DNA of 64,000 nt from Acidobacteriota bacterium (GTDB lineage Bacteria; Acidobacteriota; UBA890; WLXD01). Shown piece by piece: positions 49,603-59,089 of this stretch (the first letter of the stretch is position 1; each line of letters opens with the position of its first letter). The stretch lies in assembly GCA_965205505.1 (NCBI GenBank), contig CBDBHB010000009.1, positions 1,920,001-1,984,000 of the forward strand, in the 5' to 3' direction. Both the position numbers and the translations under genes were made by a program. The notes beneath the pieces were generated by a model. It saw nothing but the letters and a program-made list of their open reading frames with translations, searched no databases and was not told the origin of the DNA.

Positions 49603-51126
49603 ATGGCGAGACGGAGAGGCCGGGGCCGAAAGCGGCGTTCCCAGGCCGGTGTGCGTCAGCTTCCGTGGTGCGAGGTGGTCAACCCGTATGCGCCGATGCA
49701 GGTGCTCAGCGACGATCAGGTGGAGGCCATCCATCATGCATCGCTGAGGTTGCTCCAGGAAATCGGCGTCCGCGTGCTTCAAGGGGAAGCTCGTAGTCTG
49801 CTTTGCGAGGCTGGAGCAGACGTCGACGAGGCGGCCCAGATGGTGCGTTTCGATCCAGTGCTCATCGAAGAGAAAGTGGCGCTGGCCCCGTCGGAGTTCG
49901 CCCTCCACGCCCGCAACCCCGACCGGCACGTCAAGATCGGCGGCCGCAACATCGTGTTTACCTCCGTCGGCGGCCCGGCGTTCTGCAACGACCTGGATCG
50001 CGGCCGCCGCACGGGTACTTACGAGGAGCAATGCGACTATCTGCGCCTCATCCAGAGCCTCAACATCGTCCACCAGGAGGGCGGCGGCCCGTTCGAGGCG
50101 ATGGACTTGCACCCCGACACGCGTCACCTCGATCTGTACCTGGCGCAGGCCCGGCTGCTCGACAAGACCTGGCAGCCGCAGGCGCTCGGTCGGGATCGCG
50201 CCGAGGACGCCATCGAGATGGCGTGCATCGGTCTCGGCGTCGACCGTGCCGAGCTGGCGCGACGGCCGGCACTGCAGTCCATCATCAACACCAACACGCC
50301 GCTGCAGTTCGACATTCCGATGGCCGAGGGCACCATCGCGATGGCGCGGGCTGGGCAGTCGGTCTGCGTCACACCGTTCTCGCTGGCCGGAGCCATGGGG
50401 CCGGCAACGCTGGCTGGTACGTTAACGCTTCAGAACGCCGAGGCGCTGATGGGCATCGCCTTCACGCAGATCGTCAATCCGGGCACGCCGTCGGTGTATG
50501 GAGCCTTCACGTCGAACGTCGACATGCGCTCGGGCTCTCCGGCCTTCGGCACACCCGAGTACACCAAGGCAGCGCACGCCAGCGGTCAGCTGGCGCGCCG
50601 CAACAACCTGCCGTTCCGCTCCAGCAACACCACCGCGTCGCCTACCGTCGACGAGCAGGCAGTTTACGAGAGCTCGATGTCGCTCTGGGGCGCCATTTTG
50701 GCGCATACGAATCTGGTGGAGCACGCCGCCGGCTGGATCGAGGGCGGGCTGACCGCCTCGTTCGAGAAGCTGATCATCGACGCCGAGATGTTGCAGATGT
50801 TGGCGGAGTACCTGCGCCCGATCGAGGTCAGCGAGGACACGCTGGCGTTCGAAGCGATACAGGAAGTCGGTCCAGGGGGACACTTCTTCGGCTCCCCGCA
50901 CACCATGGAACGCTACGAGACCGCCTTCTACTCACCGATGCTCTCCGACTGGCGAAACTACGAGACCTGGGAAGAGGCTGGGTCCGTGACTACGCGCGCC
51001 CGCGCCAACGGCATCTGGAAGCGCCTGTTGCAGGACTACGAACAGCCGCCGCTGGATGCGGCGATCGACGAGGAGCTCTGCGCCTACGTCAGCAAACGCA
51101 AGGAAGAACTAGGCGGGTGCTCGTAG
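49603..51126 (+). CDS. mttB: Trimethylamine methyltransferase family protein, non-pyrrolysine
   Basis: IH.ASL.LL.EIG, NTNTPLQFD, TPF.LAGAM.P.T.AG, VDMRSGSPAFGTPE, HAAGWIEGGL.ASFEK, GPGGHFFG; no internal UAG. Confidence 0.92.
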   Translation: MARRRGRGRKRRSQAGVRQLPWCEVVNPYAPMQVLSDDQVEAIHHASLRLLQEIGVRVLQGEARSLLCEAGADVDEAAQMVRFDPVLIEEKVALAPSEFALHARNPDRHVKIGGRNIVFTSVGGPAFCNDLDRGRRTGTYEEQCDYLRLIQSLNIVHQEGGGPFEAMDLHPDTRHLDLYLAQARLLDKTWQPQALGRDRAEDAIEMACIGLGVDRAELARRPALQSIINTNTPLQFDIPMAEGTIAMARAGQSVCVTPFSLAGAMGPATLAGTLTLQNAEALMGIAFTQIVNPGTPSVYGAFTSNVDMRSGSPAFGTPEYTKAAHASGQLARRNNLPFRSSNTTASPTVDEQAVYESSMSLWGAILAHTNLVEHAAGWIEGGLTASFEKLIIDAEMLQMLAEYLRPIEVSEDTLAFEAIQEVGPGGHFFGSPHTMERYETAFYSPMLSDWRNYETWEEAGSVTTRARANGIWKRLLQDYEQPPLDAAIDEELCAYVSKRKEELGGCS

Positions 51127-52396
51127 CAGCATATCGAGCAGCCCGGCGGCGCGCCTCGGACCGTTCTGTGTCCGCATCTGTGCGCTCGTGGTCATCAGCC
51201 TGGTGCGTATGGACTGGTCGTTCAGCAGTGTCGCCAAGGCTGCCGCGAGCTCGTGATCGGTCCATTCCGATCGATGCATCTTGAGGCCGTGGCCGGTTTC
51301 CTGGACGCGAGTTGCGTTGTCGTGACCGTCCCACACGAAGGGGAGAACGAGCGCTGGCTTACCGAAGTACAGGCACTCCGTGAAGCTGTTGTTGCCGCCG
51401 TGGTGGATGACTGCGTCGGCCTGCGCGATCACCGATGGCTGCGGGAACCACGATGCGAGGTGCACGTTCGGCGGTGGCAGCGCGTGGCATTCCATGTAGT
51501 CGCCGACGTTGACCAGCGCTCTGTACGGTAGCTCGCCGAGCACGCCGATGATGCGTGCCAGCAGCGCGGTGTCGCCGGCGCCGAGGCTGCCGAAGCTCAC
51601 GTATATCAGCGCTCCGTCGTCGTGGGCCTCGAACACCGGTACCTGGTAGCGATCTTCCTGTCGGACGCAGCCTTCGAGGTATTGGAATCGCGCTGGATCG
51701 AGGCGATCGCGTCGGGCGAACCGAACAGCTTCGGGGTACAGCAGCAGGTTCAAGAACGGCGACGTCTCGAAGAACTCGCCGAGCGGATAAGGTTCTTCGC
51801 CACACTCCCGTAGGAAGTCGTTGAAGCGCTCATGGATCGGCGAGATGACCTTGTTGAACCGCTCCGTGAAGCGTGCCGCGCAGGCTCGGTCGGTTGCGCC
51901 GCAGCCAGAAAGGTGCGGCGGTATGTCCGGATCCGGAATCTCGTTCTCGCTACACGAGATGATTCGCACCCAGGGCGCGGCGAAGCGCTTGATCGCTGGG
52001 AAGAGGATGACATTGTCGACACAAACGAGGTCGGGCTGCAGCTCGTCGAGGACCTGCGGCAGCTCCTTTTTCGGCCCAAATTGCCGTGTCGATGATGGCC
52101 GTCCAGCAGTCTTTCACATAGTTGTCGATCTGGTCGTATGGTGACTTGCCGAAGTTCGGAATGTGGCCGTTGATGAAATCGGACCAGTAGCGTGCCATCT
52201 CCTCCGGCGCCATGGGCTCGGACATGTTGATCGTCCGCTCCTCGAAGCCGTACCCCTCGAAGACGCCGGCGAACCCCGGATCACACAGGAAGACGACACG
52301 GTGTCCAAGCTCTCGGCATCGCTGAGCGATGCCTACCGAGTTCAAGGCCGGCCCGTAGGCGGCCTCGGGGAAAAAGGCGATTGTGTTATCGCTCAA
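51109..52396 (-). pseudogene. Family-1 (MGT-like) glycosyltransferase, frameshifted
   Basis: FFPEAAYGPALN N-terminus, YVSFGSLG, W.PQ, IHHGGNNS, WDG; one extra A in the run at 52067-52071 splits it into two ORFs. Confidence 0.8.
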
Positions 52397-52413
52397 CTGT
52401 GCGCCCTGCGCGG

Positions 52414-52545
52414 GAGCCGCCTACTTCATCGCGCATGCCTCTAGCTCGTTCTGGCCGGCGATCAACAAGGGCGACCAGGCCGTGGTGCTTTGTTTCGGGT
52501 TCCTCTGGCCTTCAACGGGGGCGGGGATTGGAGCATCGACGGTCA
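52414..52545 (+). pseudogene. DoxX-family C-terminal remnant
   Basis: AAYFIAHASSSFWPAINKGDQAVVLCF, with G.WSID in a shifted frame. Confidence 0.6.
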
Positions 52546-52723
52546 GTTGCGGAGGCGCGACAACGAAGGAGAACACGGCTGAGGGGTCGGGCGCGGGCGG
52601 ACCCGACAAAAACAGAAGGGTGCACAGCGTGCAGTCGAAAGCTGCCAGGACACGTCTGGTCATGAGCTTCTCCGCAGGCTGCAAGCATCGCGGCTCCCAC
52701 GGAGTGTGCCATAGGTTGCGCAT

Positions 52724-53003
52724 CTTGCAGGGTGCTGAAAAACTCTGGTGGGTCTGGTGGGTGGGTCTTGGTGGCGAGGTCAAGGAAGAGCGACGATGGC
52801 GATGCCCGGGCGCATCCTCGAGGAGCTCTGACGCTGAGATCGCCGGCAACCCCCAGGCGCCCGAAGGGTTACGGCGTCGTGGGGCCATCTGCAGCGTTGG
52901 CCCTCCTGGACGTTACAACAAGCATCGCCGGCGTCGCGTCGCCTTGCATCTGGCCCCACGACGCCGTAACCAGATCCGCCAGAGTTCTTGAGCACCCTGC
53001 TAG
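52724..53003. mobile_element. MITE, TIR type B, full-length (~280 bp)
   Basis: GCAGGGTGCTGAAAAACTCTGGTGGGTCTGG ... CCAGATCCGCCAGAGTTCTTGAGCACCCTGCTAG; two internal hairpin cores. Confidence 0.88.
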
Positions 53004-53027
53004 ATTTGAACAAGTGGAGACACGCTG

Positions 53028-54476
53028 ATGGGCGAGCCCCTGGGCTTCTATATCGACGGGCAGTGGACGACGCCGCGGGGTGACGTAAGTACGGCCCCGG
53101 TGATCAACCCGGCCACCGAAGAGACGATCGCCGAAATCTACCTGGGTAATGCGGCGGACATCGATCGCGCCGTCAGCGCCGCCCGCGCCGCCTTCGACGG
53201 GTATTCGACGAGCTCTGTGGCAGAGCGCATCGAGCTCGCCGAGCAGATCGTCGCGGTGTTCAAGCGTCGCTACGACGAGATGGTCGACGCCATCATCAGC
53301 GAGATGGGTGCGCCTCATGACCTGAGCTACCGGTCGCAAGCGGCGTGCGGCCCAGGGCACTTCGAAGCCACCATTGCCGCGTTGAGGGGCCTCTCGCTGG
53401 AAGAAAAATCCGGGCGCAGCGGCAACGTCGTGCTGGAGCCGATAGGTGTATGTGGATTGATCATTCCCTGGAACTGGCCGATCAACCAGCTGGCCTGCAA
53501 GGTGGCGCCGGCGCTGCTGGCCGGTTGCACGATGGTGCTCAAGCCCAGCGAGCTGTCACCGCTGTCGGCGCATCTGTTCGCCGAGTTCGTCGACGAAGTC
53601 GGCGTGCCGGCCGGCGTGTTCAACATGGTGCACGGGGAGGGTCCGGTAGTGGGGGCCCGGCTTGCCGAACATCCCGATGTCGACCTCGTGTCGCTCACCG
53701 GCTCGACGCGCGCCGGGTCCGCCGTCGCCAAGGCCGCAGCCGACAGCGTCAAGCGGGTGCTACAGGAGCTCGGCGGTAAGTCGCCCAACGTGATCTTCGA
53801 GGACGCCGACCTCGAGGGGGCGGTGCGCAAGGGTGTTCTGCACTGCTTCGAGAACACCGGGCAATCATGCAACGCCCCGACGCGCATGTTGGTTCACGAG
53901 AGCGTCTATGACCAGGCGGTCGAGACCGCAGTGCGGGTAGGCGAGGGCGTGGAAGTGGGTGACCCCACCGAGAGCGGGTCCCACATTGGACCTCTGGTGT
54001 CCAAGACACAGTTCGACAAGGTGCAGCGCTTGATCAACATCGGCGTCGACGAGGGCGCGGAGCTAGCCCTGGGTGGCCCGGGCAAGCCGGAAGGCCACGA
54101 TACTGGGTACTTCGTCAGGCCGACGATCTTCGCGGGCGTTAACAACCGGATGACCATTGCCCGAGAAGAGATCTTCGGCCCGGTGCTGTGCATGATCCGG
54201 TTCGCCGACGAGGAGGAGGCGATCCGCATCGCCAACGATACGCCGTACGGTCTTGGCGCCTACGTTCACACGCAGGACTGGGACCGTGCGCGGCGGGTCG
54301 CCCGGCGGCTCAAGGCCGGAAGCGTGTACCTCAACGGCAACGCCCAGGACTACGACTCTCCGTTCGGTGGCTACAAGCAGTCGGGTAACGGCCGCGAATG
54401 GGGTGGCCACGGGCTCGAGGAGTTTCTCGAGACGAAGGTCATCAACGGCTTCTACGCCGAGAAGGCCAGGTACTAG
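53028..54476 (+). CDS. Aldehyde dehydrogenase
   Basis: PWNWP, KPSE, TGS, ELGGKS, GQSCNAP, EEIFGP, PFGGYKQSG. Confidence 0.95.
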   Translation: MGEPLGFYIDGQWTTPRGDVSTAPVINPATEETIAEIYLGNAADIDRAVSAARAAFDGYSTSSVAERIELAEQIVAVFKRRYDEMVDAIISEMGAPHDLSYRSQAACGPGHFEATIAALRGLSLEEKSGRSGNVVLEPIGVCGLIIPWNWPINQLACKVAPALLAGCTMVLKPSELSPLSAHLFAEFVDEVGVPAGVFNMVHGEGPVVGARLAEHPDVDLVSLTGSTRAGSAVAKAAADSVKRVLQELGGKSPNVIFEDADLEGAVRKGVLHCFENTGQSCNAPTRMLVHESVYDQAVETAVRVGEGVEVGDPTESGSHIGPLVSKTQFDKVQRLINIGVDEGAELALGGPGKPEGHDTGYFVRPTIFAGVNNRMTIAREEIFGPVLCMIRFADEEEAIRIANDTPYGLGAYVHTQDWDRARRVARRLKAGSVYLNGNAQDYDSPFGGYKQSGNGREWGGHGLEEFLETKVINGFYAEKARY

Positions 54477-54545
54477 TCAAACGACCGCGGTAAGCCCGTC
54501 TGGTCGTGAGCCGGCTCTGAGGATGGTGCACGAGACGACCTGGCC

Positions 54546-55733
54546 ATGAAGATCGTTGACGCCAAGACCTTTGTGGTCGGCAACCCGGAGCCAGGCTTCG
54601 GTGGTCGCTACTTCGTTTTTGTCAAACTGACCACCGATGGGGGTGTCGAGGGGATCGGCGAGGCCTACGGCGTACCCTTCCATCCACACGTTGCGGCAAG
54701 CATGATCGAGGACGTCTGCGCCCGCGGTGTCATTGACCACGATCCCTTCAAGATCGAGCTGCTGTGGCGCCGCGTCTACTCTGACGGATACAGCCAACAT
54801 CCCGATTTGGCCACCATGGGCGTGCTCAGCGGCGTCGAGATGGCCTGCTGGGACATCATCGGCAAGGAGCTCGATAGGCCGGTTTACGAGTTCCTTGGAG
54901 GGCAGGTCCACGAGCGGTTGCGCTCGTACACATATCTGTATGCCGAGGAAGGCGACGGCGTCGACGTGTACCTCGATCCCGAGCTGGCGGCCGAGCGCGC
55001 CGTCGCGTATGTCGATCGGGGCTTCACCGCCATCAAGTTCGATCCGGCAGGTCCTTACTCCGCCTTCGACCCTCGTCAGCTATCGATCGAGGCGCTCGAT
55101 CGATCGGAGCGTTACGTGAGGCGCATCCGAGAGGCGGTCGGGACTCGGGCAGACCTGCTGTTCGGTACGCACGGTCAAATGACTGCCGCGAGCGCTATCC
55201 GTCTCGCCAAGCGCCTGGAGAAGTACGATCCGCTGTGGCTGGAAGAGCCGACGCCGCCGGAGAACGCCGTGGAGATGGGTGCTGTGGCTCGTGCTACCTG
55301 CATTCCTATCGCCGCCGGCGAGCGTCTCACGACGAAACACGATTTCGCCCGCCTGCTGCACGAGCGGGCCGCGGCGATTCTGCAGATCAACCTCGGGCGC
55401 TGCGGTGGGATCCTCGAGGCCAAGAAGATTGCCGGCATGGCAGAAGCTCACTACGCACAGATCGCGCCACACCTGTATGGTGGTCCGGTGGTGGGTGCGG
55501 CGAACATCCAGATCAGCACCTGCAGCCCCAATTTCCTCCTTCTCGAGGGCATACGTACCTGGGGCGGCTTCCACGCAGAGATACTCAAGTCGCCGATACA
55601 GTGGGAGGACGGTTTCGTCATCCCACCAACCGCGCCAGGGCTCGGCGTCGAGCTCGACGAGGTCGTGGCGGAGCAGCACCCGTACGAAGGCGACGAGCTC
55701 CACCTCGCCCCAGCCGACGACCCGGTCGTCTAG
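54546..55733 (+). CDS. Mandelate racemase/enolase superfamily protein
   Basis: G..GIGE, MACWDI.GK, KFD, WLEEP, GE, APH. Confidence 0.92.
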   Translation: MKIVDAKTFVVGNPEPGFGGRYFVFVKLTTDGGVEGIGEAYGVPFHPHVAASMIEDVCARGVIDHDPFKIELLWRRVYSDGYSQHPDLATMGVLSGVEMACWDIIGKELDRPVYEFLGGQVHERLRSYTYLYAEEGDGVDVYLDPELAAERAVAYVDRGFTAIKFDPAGPYSAFDPRQLSIEALDRSERYVRRIREAVGTRADLLFGTHGQMTAASAIRLAKRLEKYDPLWLEEPTPPENAVEMGAVARATCIPIAAGERLTTKHDFARLLHERAAAILQINLGRCGGILEAKKIAGMAEAHYAQIAPHLYGGPVVGAANIQISTCSPNFLLLEGIRTWGGFHAEILKSPIQWEDGFVIPPTAPGLGVELDEVVAEQHPYEGDELHLAPADDPVV

Positions 55734-55925
55734 CAGGGTGCTGAAGAACTCTGGTGGGTCTGGTTATGGCGACGCCGTAACCCGTAGGGCGCGCGGGGGT
55801 TGCCGACGATCTCAGCGTCAGAGCTCCTCGACGATGCGCCTTGGCATCGCCATCGTCCCTCTTCCTTGATCTCGCCAGCAAGACCCACGCGCCAGACCCA
55901 CCAGAGTTCTTCAGCACCCTGCTAG
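55730..55925. mobile_element. MITE, TIR type B, inverted relative to 52724, one core deleted
   Basis: Perfect 34 bp TIR CTAGCAGGGTGCTGAAGAACTCTGGTGGGTCTGG; starts at the upstream TAG stop. Confidence 0.9.
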
Positions 55926-55935
55926 GGCTAGAGCC

Positions 55936-57204
55936 ATGGAATCGAACCCCCCAGGTCAGCCCCCCGGACGCGTCCACGTGGACCGGAGGCTCAAGTACCT
56001 GCAGGTGCTGCTGCTGTCGCTGGCCGCATCGTTTATTTATAGCGCCCCGTACCTGCGTCAGTTGTTCAGGTCACCGCTAATGGAGGTGTTTCAGCTCACC
56101 GAGGCACAGCTGGGCAACCTGAGCTCGACCTACGCAGTGGCGTCCGTGATCTGCTACCTGCCGGGCGGCTGGCTGGCCGACAAGGTGGCGCCGCGGCGGC
56201 TGGTGGTCATCTCGCTGCTGACCGGCGCGGCGACGTTCTTTTGGATCGCCACCATCCCCAGCTACCGGTCGCTGCTGGCGATCTATGCGGCGTGGGGTGT
56301 CATCGGCGTGCTGATCCTGTGGTCGGCGATGCTCAAGCAGGTCCGATTGCTCGGCAGCGCCGACGAGCAGGGACGCTTGTTCGGGTTGCTGGAGGGTTCC
56401 CGAGGACTGCTCGAGGCAATCATCATGACCATCGCCTCGTTGCTGTTCAGCTGGTTTGCGACCCAGACGCTGGGCATGTCCGCGGTGTTCGGTTTCTACG
56501 GTGTCTTGTCGGCCCTGATCGGTCTGTGGATACTCTTCGGCACAGGGTCCGCAGACACACCCGCGGACGAGCCCGCCGGCATCAAGCTGTCGGAGGTGTT
56601 GCTGATCGTCCGTGAGCCAACTGTGTGGCTGATGTGCATCATGTTGACGGCGGTCTTTCATCTGTTCTGGGCAGCCATCGAGTTTCCGAGCTTCGGCGAA
56701 CGTGCCGGGTTCGGGATGACGGTGGCCGCGACCCTCGCGCTCGGAACGATAAGAGTGTGGATGCGTCCGATCGGTGGCGTATTCGGCGGTGTCGTCGGTG
56801 ATCGGGTCACCAACCCGCGTGCGTTGCTGTGGCTGTTTGCCTGCGGTGCGGCGATCTGCGCGTTCCTGGCGACAATGAACACGGGCCCCGGCGCTGCCTG
56901 GATCTTGTGGGCGCTGGTCGTGCCATTCGGTTGCCTCGTCTACGCGGTCCGGGGTTTGATCTGGGCGGTGTTGCAGGACTGTCCCATTCCCACCTACCTC
57001 ACCGGCACCGCCATCGGCTTCATCTCCATCATGGGCTACTCCTCGGACATCTACATCCCGCAGGTGAGTAGCTATCTGATCAGAACGTACGCCGACCAAG
57101 CCGGCTATCAGCTGTTCTTCGCCTACATCGCCGCAGCGTCGCTGATCGGCCTTGGCGCCACCCGGTGGTTGATGCGCCTGCGCGTTCGCCCGGCGCCGGA
57201 GTAG
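55936..57204 (+). CDS. MFS transporter
   Basis: About 12 TM helices, PGGWLADK, EQGR.FG..EG.RG. Confidence 0.9.
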   Translation: MESNPPGQPPGRVHVDRRLKYLQVLLLSLAASFIYSAPYLRQLFRSPLMEVFQLTEAQLGNLSSTYAVASVICYLPGGWLADKVAPRRLVVISLLTGAATFFWIATIPSYRSLLAIYAAWGVIGVLILWSAMLKQVRLLGSADEQGRLFGLLEGSRGLLEAIIMTIASLLFSWFATQTLGMSAVFGFYGVLSALIGLWILFGTGSADTPADEPAGIKLSEVLLIVREPTVWLMCIMLTAVFHLFWAAIEFPSFGERAGFGMTVAATLALGTIRVWMRPIGGVFGGVVGDRVTNPRALLWLFACGAAICAFLATMNTGPGAAWILWALVVPFGCLVYAVRGLIWAVLQDCPIPTYLTGTAIGFISIMGYSSDIYIPQVSSYLIRTYADQAGYQLFFAYIAAASLIGLGATRWLMRLRVRPAPE

Positions 57205-57222
57205 CCGGCGCCAAACGTGCGG

Positions 57223-58185
57223 TCAGTCGGTGTTTCCGTAGCTGCCGACCTCGACCCCGGGCTGCTCCGGCTCGGCATCGACGATCTCCGAGGGAAACCC
57301 CGCAGCGCGCAACTCGACGCCGCACGCTTCCTCGAGCCGTTTGACGATCATCGACGACCAGGCCCGGGGGCCGAACCGATGGTGGCCGTCCTTGAAGATG
57401 TCGAGGATCAGCGGCGACAGCTCGAGAGGCACATCCCGCCGCTGGGCGAGATCGTCGAACAGCCCCATGTCCTTGAGCACCAGATCCATCGTGAAGCCGA
57501 TGTTGTAGCTGCCGTTGAGAATCACCTGGCTCTCGGTCTCGTGCACGAAGGAGTTGCCGGATGAGATGCGGATGGCCTCGAACGTCGTGCTCAGGTCTAT
57601 CTCGGACTGCTTGGCAACCTTGAGGGCTTCACCGAGCGCAACGAGGTGCACCGAGCACAAGTAGTTGGTCACCACCTTGAGGATCGACGCCGATCCCAGA
57701 GGTCCGGTGTGGAGGATGCGCCGACCCATAGCGGAGAGCGCTGGCATCGCGGTCTCGAATGCGGCTCTGTCGCCACCGACAAGAATCGAGATATTCCCGG
57801 TAGTGGCCCGGTGGCAGCCGCCCGACACGGGGGCGTCGAGGGCGCTGGCCCCGAGCTGGCGCACTCGCGCGCCAAGGCGCTGCACCTCGGTCGCATCGGT
57901 GGTGCTCATCTCCATCCAGATCTGCCCAGGCTGCATGCCCGACAGGACGCCGTCGGTCGACTCCATCACGTCGGCGACCGCCTGCGGCGTCGGCAGGCAG
58001 GTGATGACGAGGTCTACGGCAGCCGCTAGCTGGCGCGGAGAATCTGCGGGCCCGGCGCCGTTTTCGACGACTTGCTGCGTCGCGTCTTGATTCAGGTCGT
58101 GAACCACGAGATCGAATCCGTTGCGCTGCAGGCTCGCAGCGAGCTTGCCCCCCACATTGCCCAGTCCGATGAAACCGACTCTCAT
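57223..58185 (-). CDS. 3-hydroxyisobutyrate dehydrogenase-family NAD(P) oxidoreductase
   Basis: GFIGLGNVG, DAPVSGG, catalytic K in KVVTN, KDMGL. Confidence 0.9.
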   Translation of the reverse strand: MRVGFIGLGNVGGKLAASLQRNGFDLVVHDLNQDATQQVVENGAGPADSPRQLAAAVDLVITCLPTPQAVADVMESTDGVLSGMQPGQIWMEMSTTDATEVQRLGARVRQLGASALDAPVSGGCHRATTGNISILVGGDRAAFETAMPALSAMGRRILHTGPLGSASILKVVTNYLCSVHLVALGEALKVAKQSEIDLSTTFEAIRISSGNSFVHETESQVILNGSYNIGFTMDLVLKDMGLFDDLAQRRDVPLELSPLILDIFKDGHHRFGPRAWSSMIVKRLEEACGVELRAAGFPSEIVDAEPEQPGVEVGSYGNTD

Positions 58186-58267
58186 ATCGCGCTCCGTACC
58201 GCTACAGTGTGATCGCCTCGATCGCCGTATTGTTGCAAATAGACTCCGTCGCAGCAGGGAGGCAGAC

Positions 58268-59035
58268 GTGAAGAACTGGAAGTTGATCGGCGTCGCTGCA
58301 GCCCTCATGGCCAGCGGCGTGGCGCTCCCGGCAGATGGTGAATCGCAGGAGTGGACGCAGCTCTTCAACGGCAAGGACCTGACTGGGTGGACTCCCAAGA
58401 TCACTGGCTACGAGCTCGGCGACAACTTCGGCGACACGTTTCGTGTGGAGGACGGCGTCCTGAAGGTGGTTTACGACGCCTACGACACCTTCGCCGGCCG
58501 CTTCGGGCATCTGTTCTTTGCCGAGTCGTTTTCGAATTACGTGCTTCGCGTTGAATACCGGTTCGTCGGGGAGCAGGTTCCGGGAGGGCCAGACTGGGCG
58601 ATCCGCAACAGCGGTATCATGATCCACGGGCAGCCTCCGGAAAGCATGCAGCGCGACACGGACTTCCCGGTGTCGATCGAGGTGCAGCTGCTGGGGGGCG
58701 ACGGCGCCACGGAGCGCCCCACGGCAAACCTGTGCACGCCTGGCACCCACGTTGTCATGGACGGCGAGCTGGTGACGCAGCACTGCACGAACTCGACCTC
58801 CAAGACGTACCACGGCGATCAATGGGTCACGGTCGAGGTCGAGGTGCGGGGCAACGCCTTGGTCAGACATCTGATCGATGGCGAGGCGCTGATCGAATAC
58901 TCGGAGCCCCAGTTAGATGAGAGCGACCCGGTGGCGCGGCAGCGTGCCGCGGGCAGCGGCATCATGCTGAGCGGTGGATCGATCTCGCTACAGTCGGAGA
59001 GCCACCCGGTCGAGTTTCGCAGGGTCGAGTTGTGA
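58268..59035 (+). CDS. DUF1080 (3-keto-disaccharide hydrolase-like) secreted protein
   Basis: LFNGKDLTGW, NSGI, EVQL, G.I.LQSE..PVEFR. Confidence 0.9.
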   Translation: MKNWKLIGVAAALMASGVALPADGESQEWTQLFNGKDLTGWTPKITGYELGDNFGDTFRVEDGVLKVVYDAYDTFAGRFGHLFFAESFSNYVLRVEYRFVGEQVPGGPDWAIRNSGIMIHGQPPESMQRDTDFPVSIEVQLLGGDGATERPTANLCTPGTHVVMDGELVTQHCTNSTSKTYHGDQWVTVEVEVRGNALVRHLIDGEALIEYSEPQLDESDPVARQRAAGSGIMLSGGSISLQSESHPVEFRRVEL

Positions 59036-59089
59036 AGGCTGAGATAAGACAAGCACATCCGGGGCGACGAGCACGGGCCGGGGCGCGTG

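Noticed and set aside
49603-51126. Pyrrolysine-containing MttB
   Set aside because: The ORF is full-length with no internal UAG, and there are no pyl genes in the window.
49803-51284. Long alternative-frame and antisense ORFs (also 41932-43572, 22773-23969, 37286-38425)
   Set aside because: Arg/Pro/Ala-rich shadow ORFs expected in high-GC DNA, overlapping well-supported genes.
52067-52071. Phase-variation tract in the glycosyltransferase
   Set aside because: The run is only 5 nt, too short; a simple indel or sequencing error is more likely.
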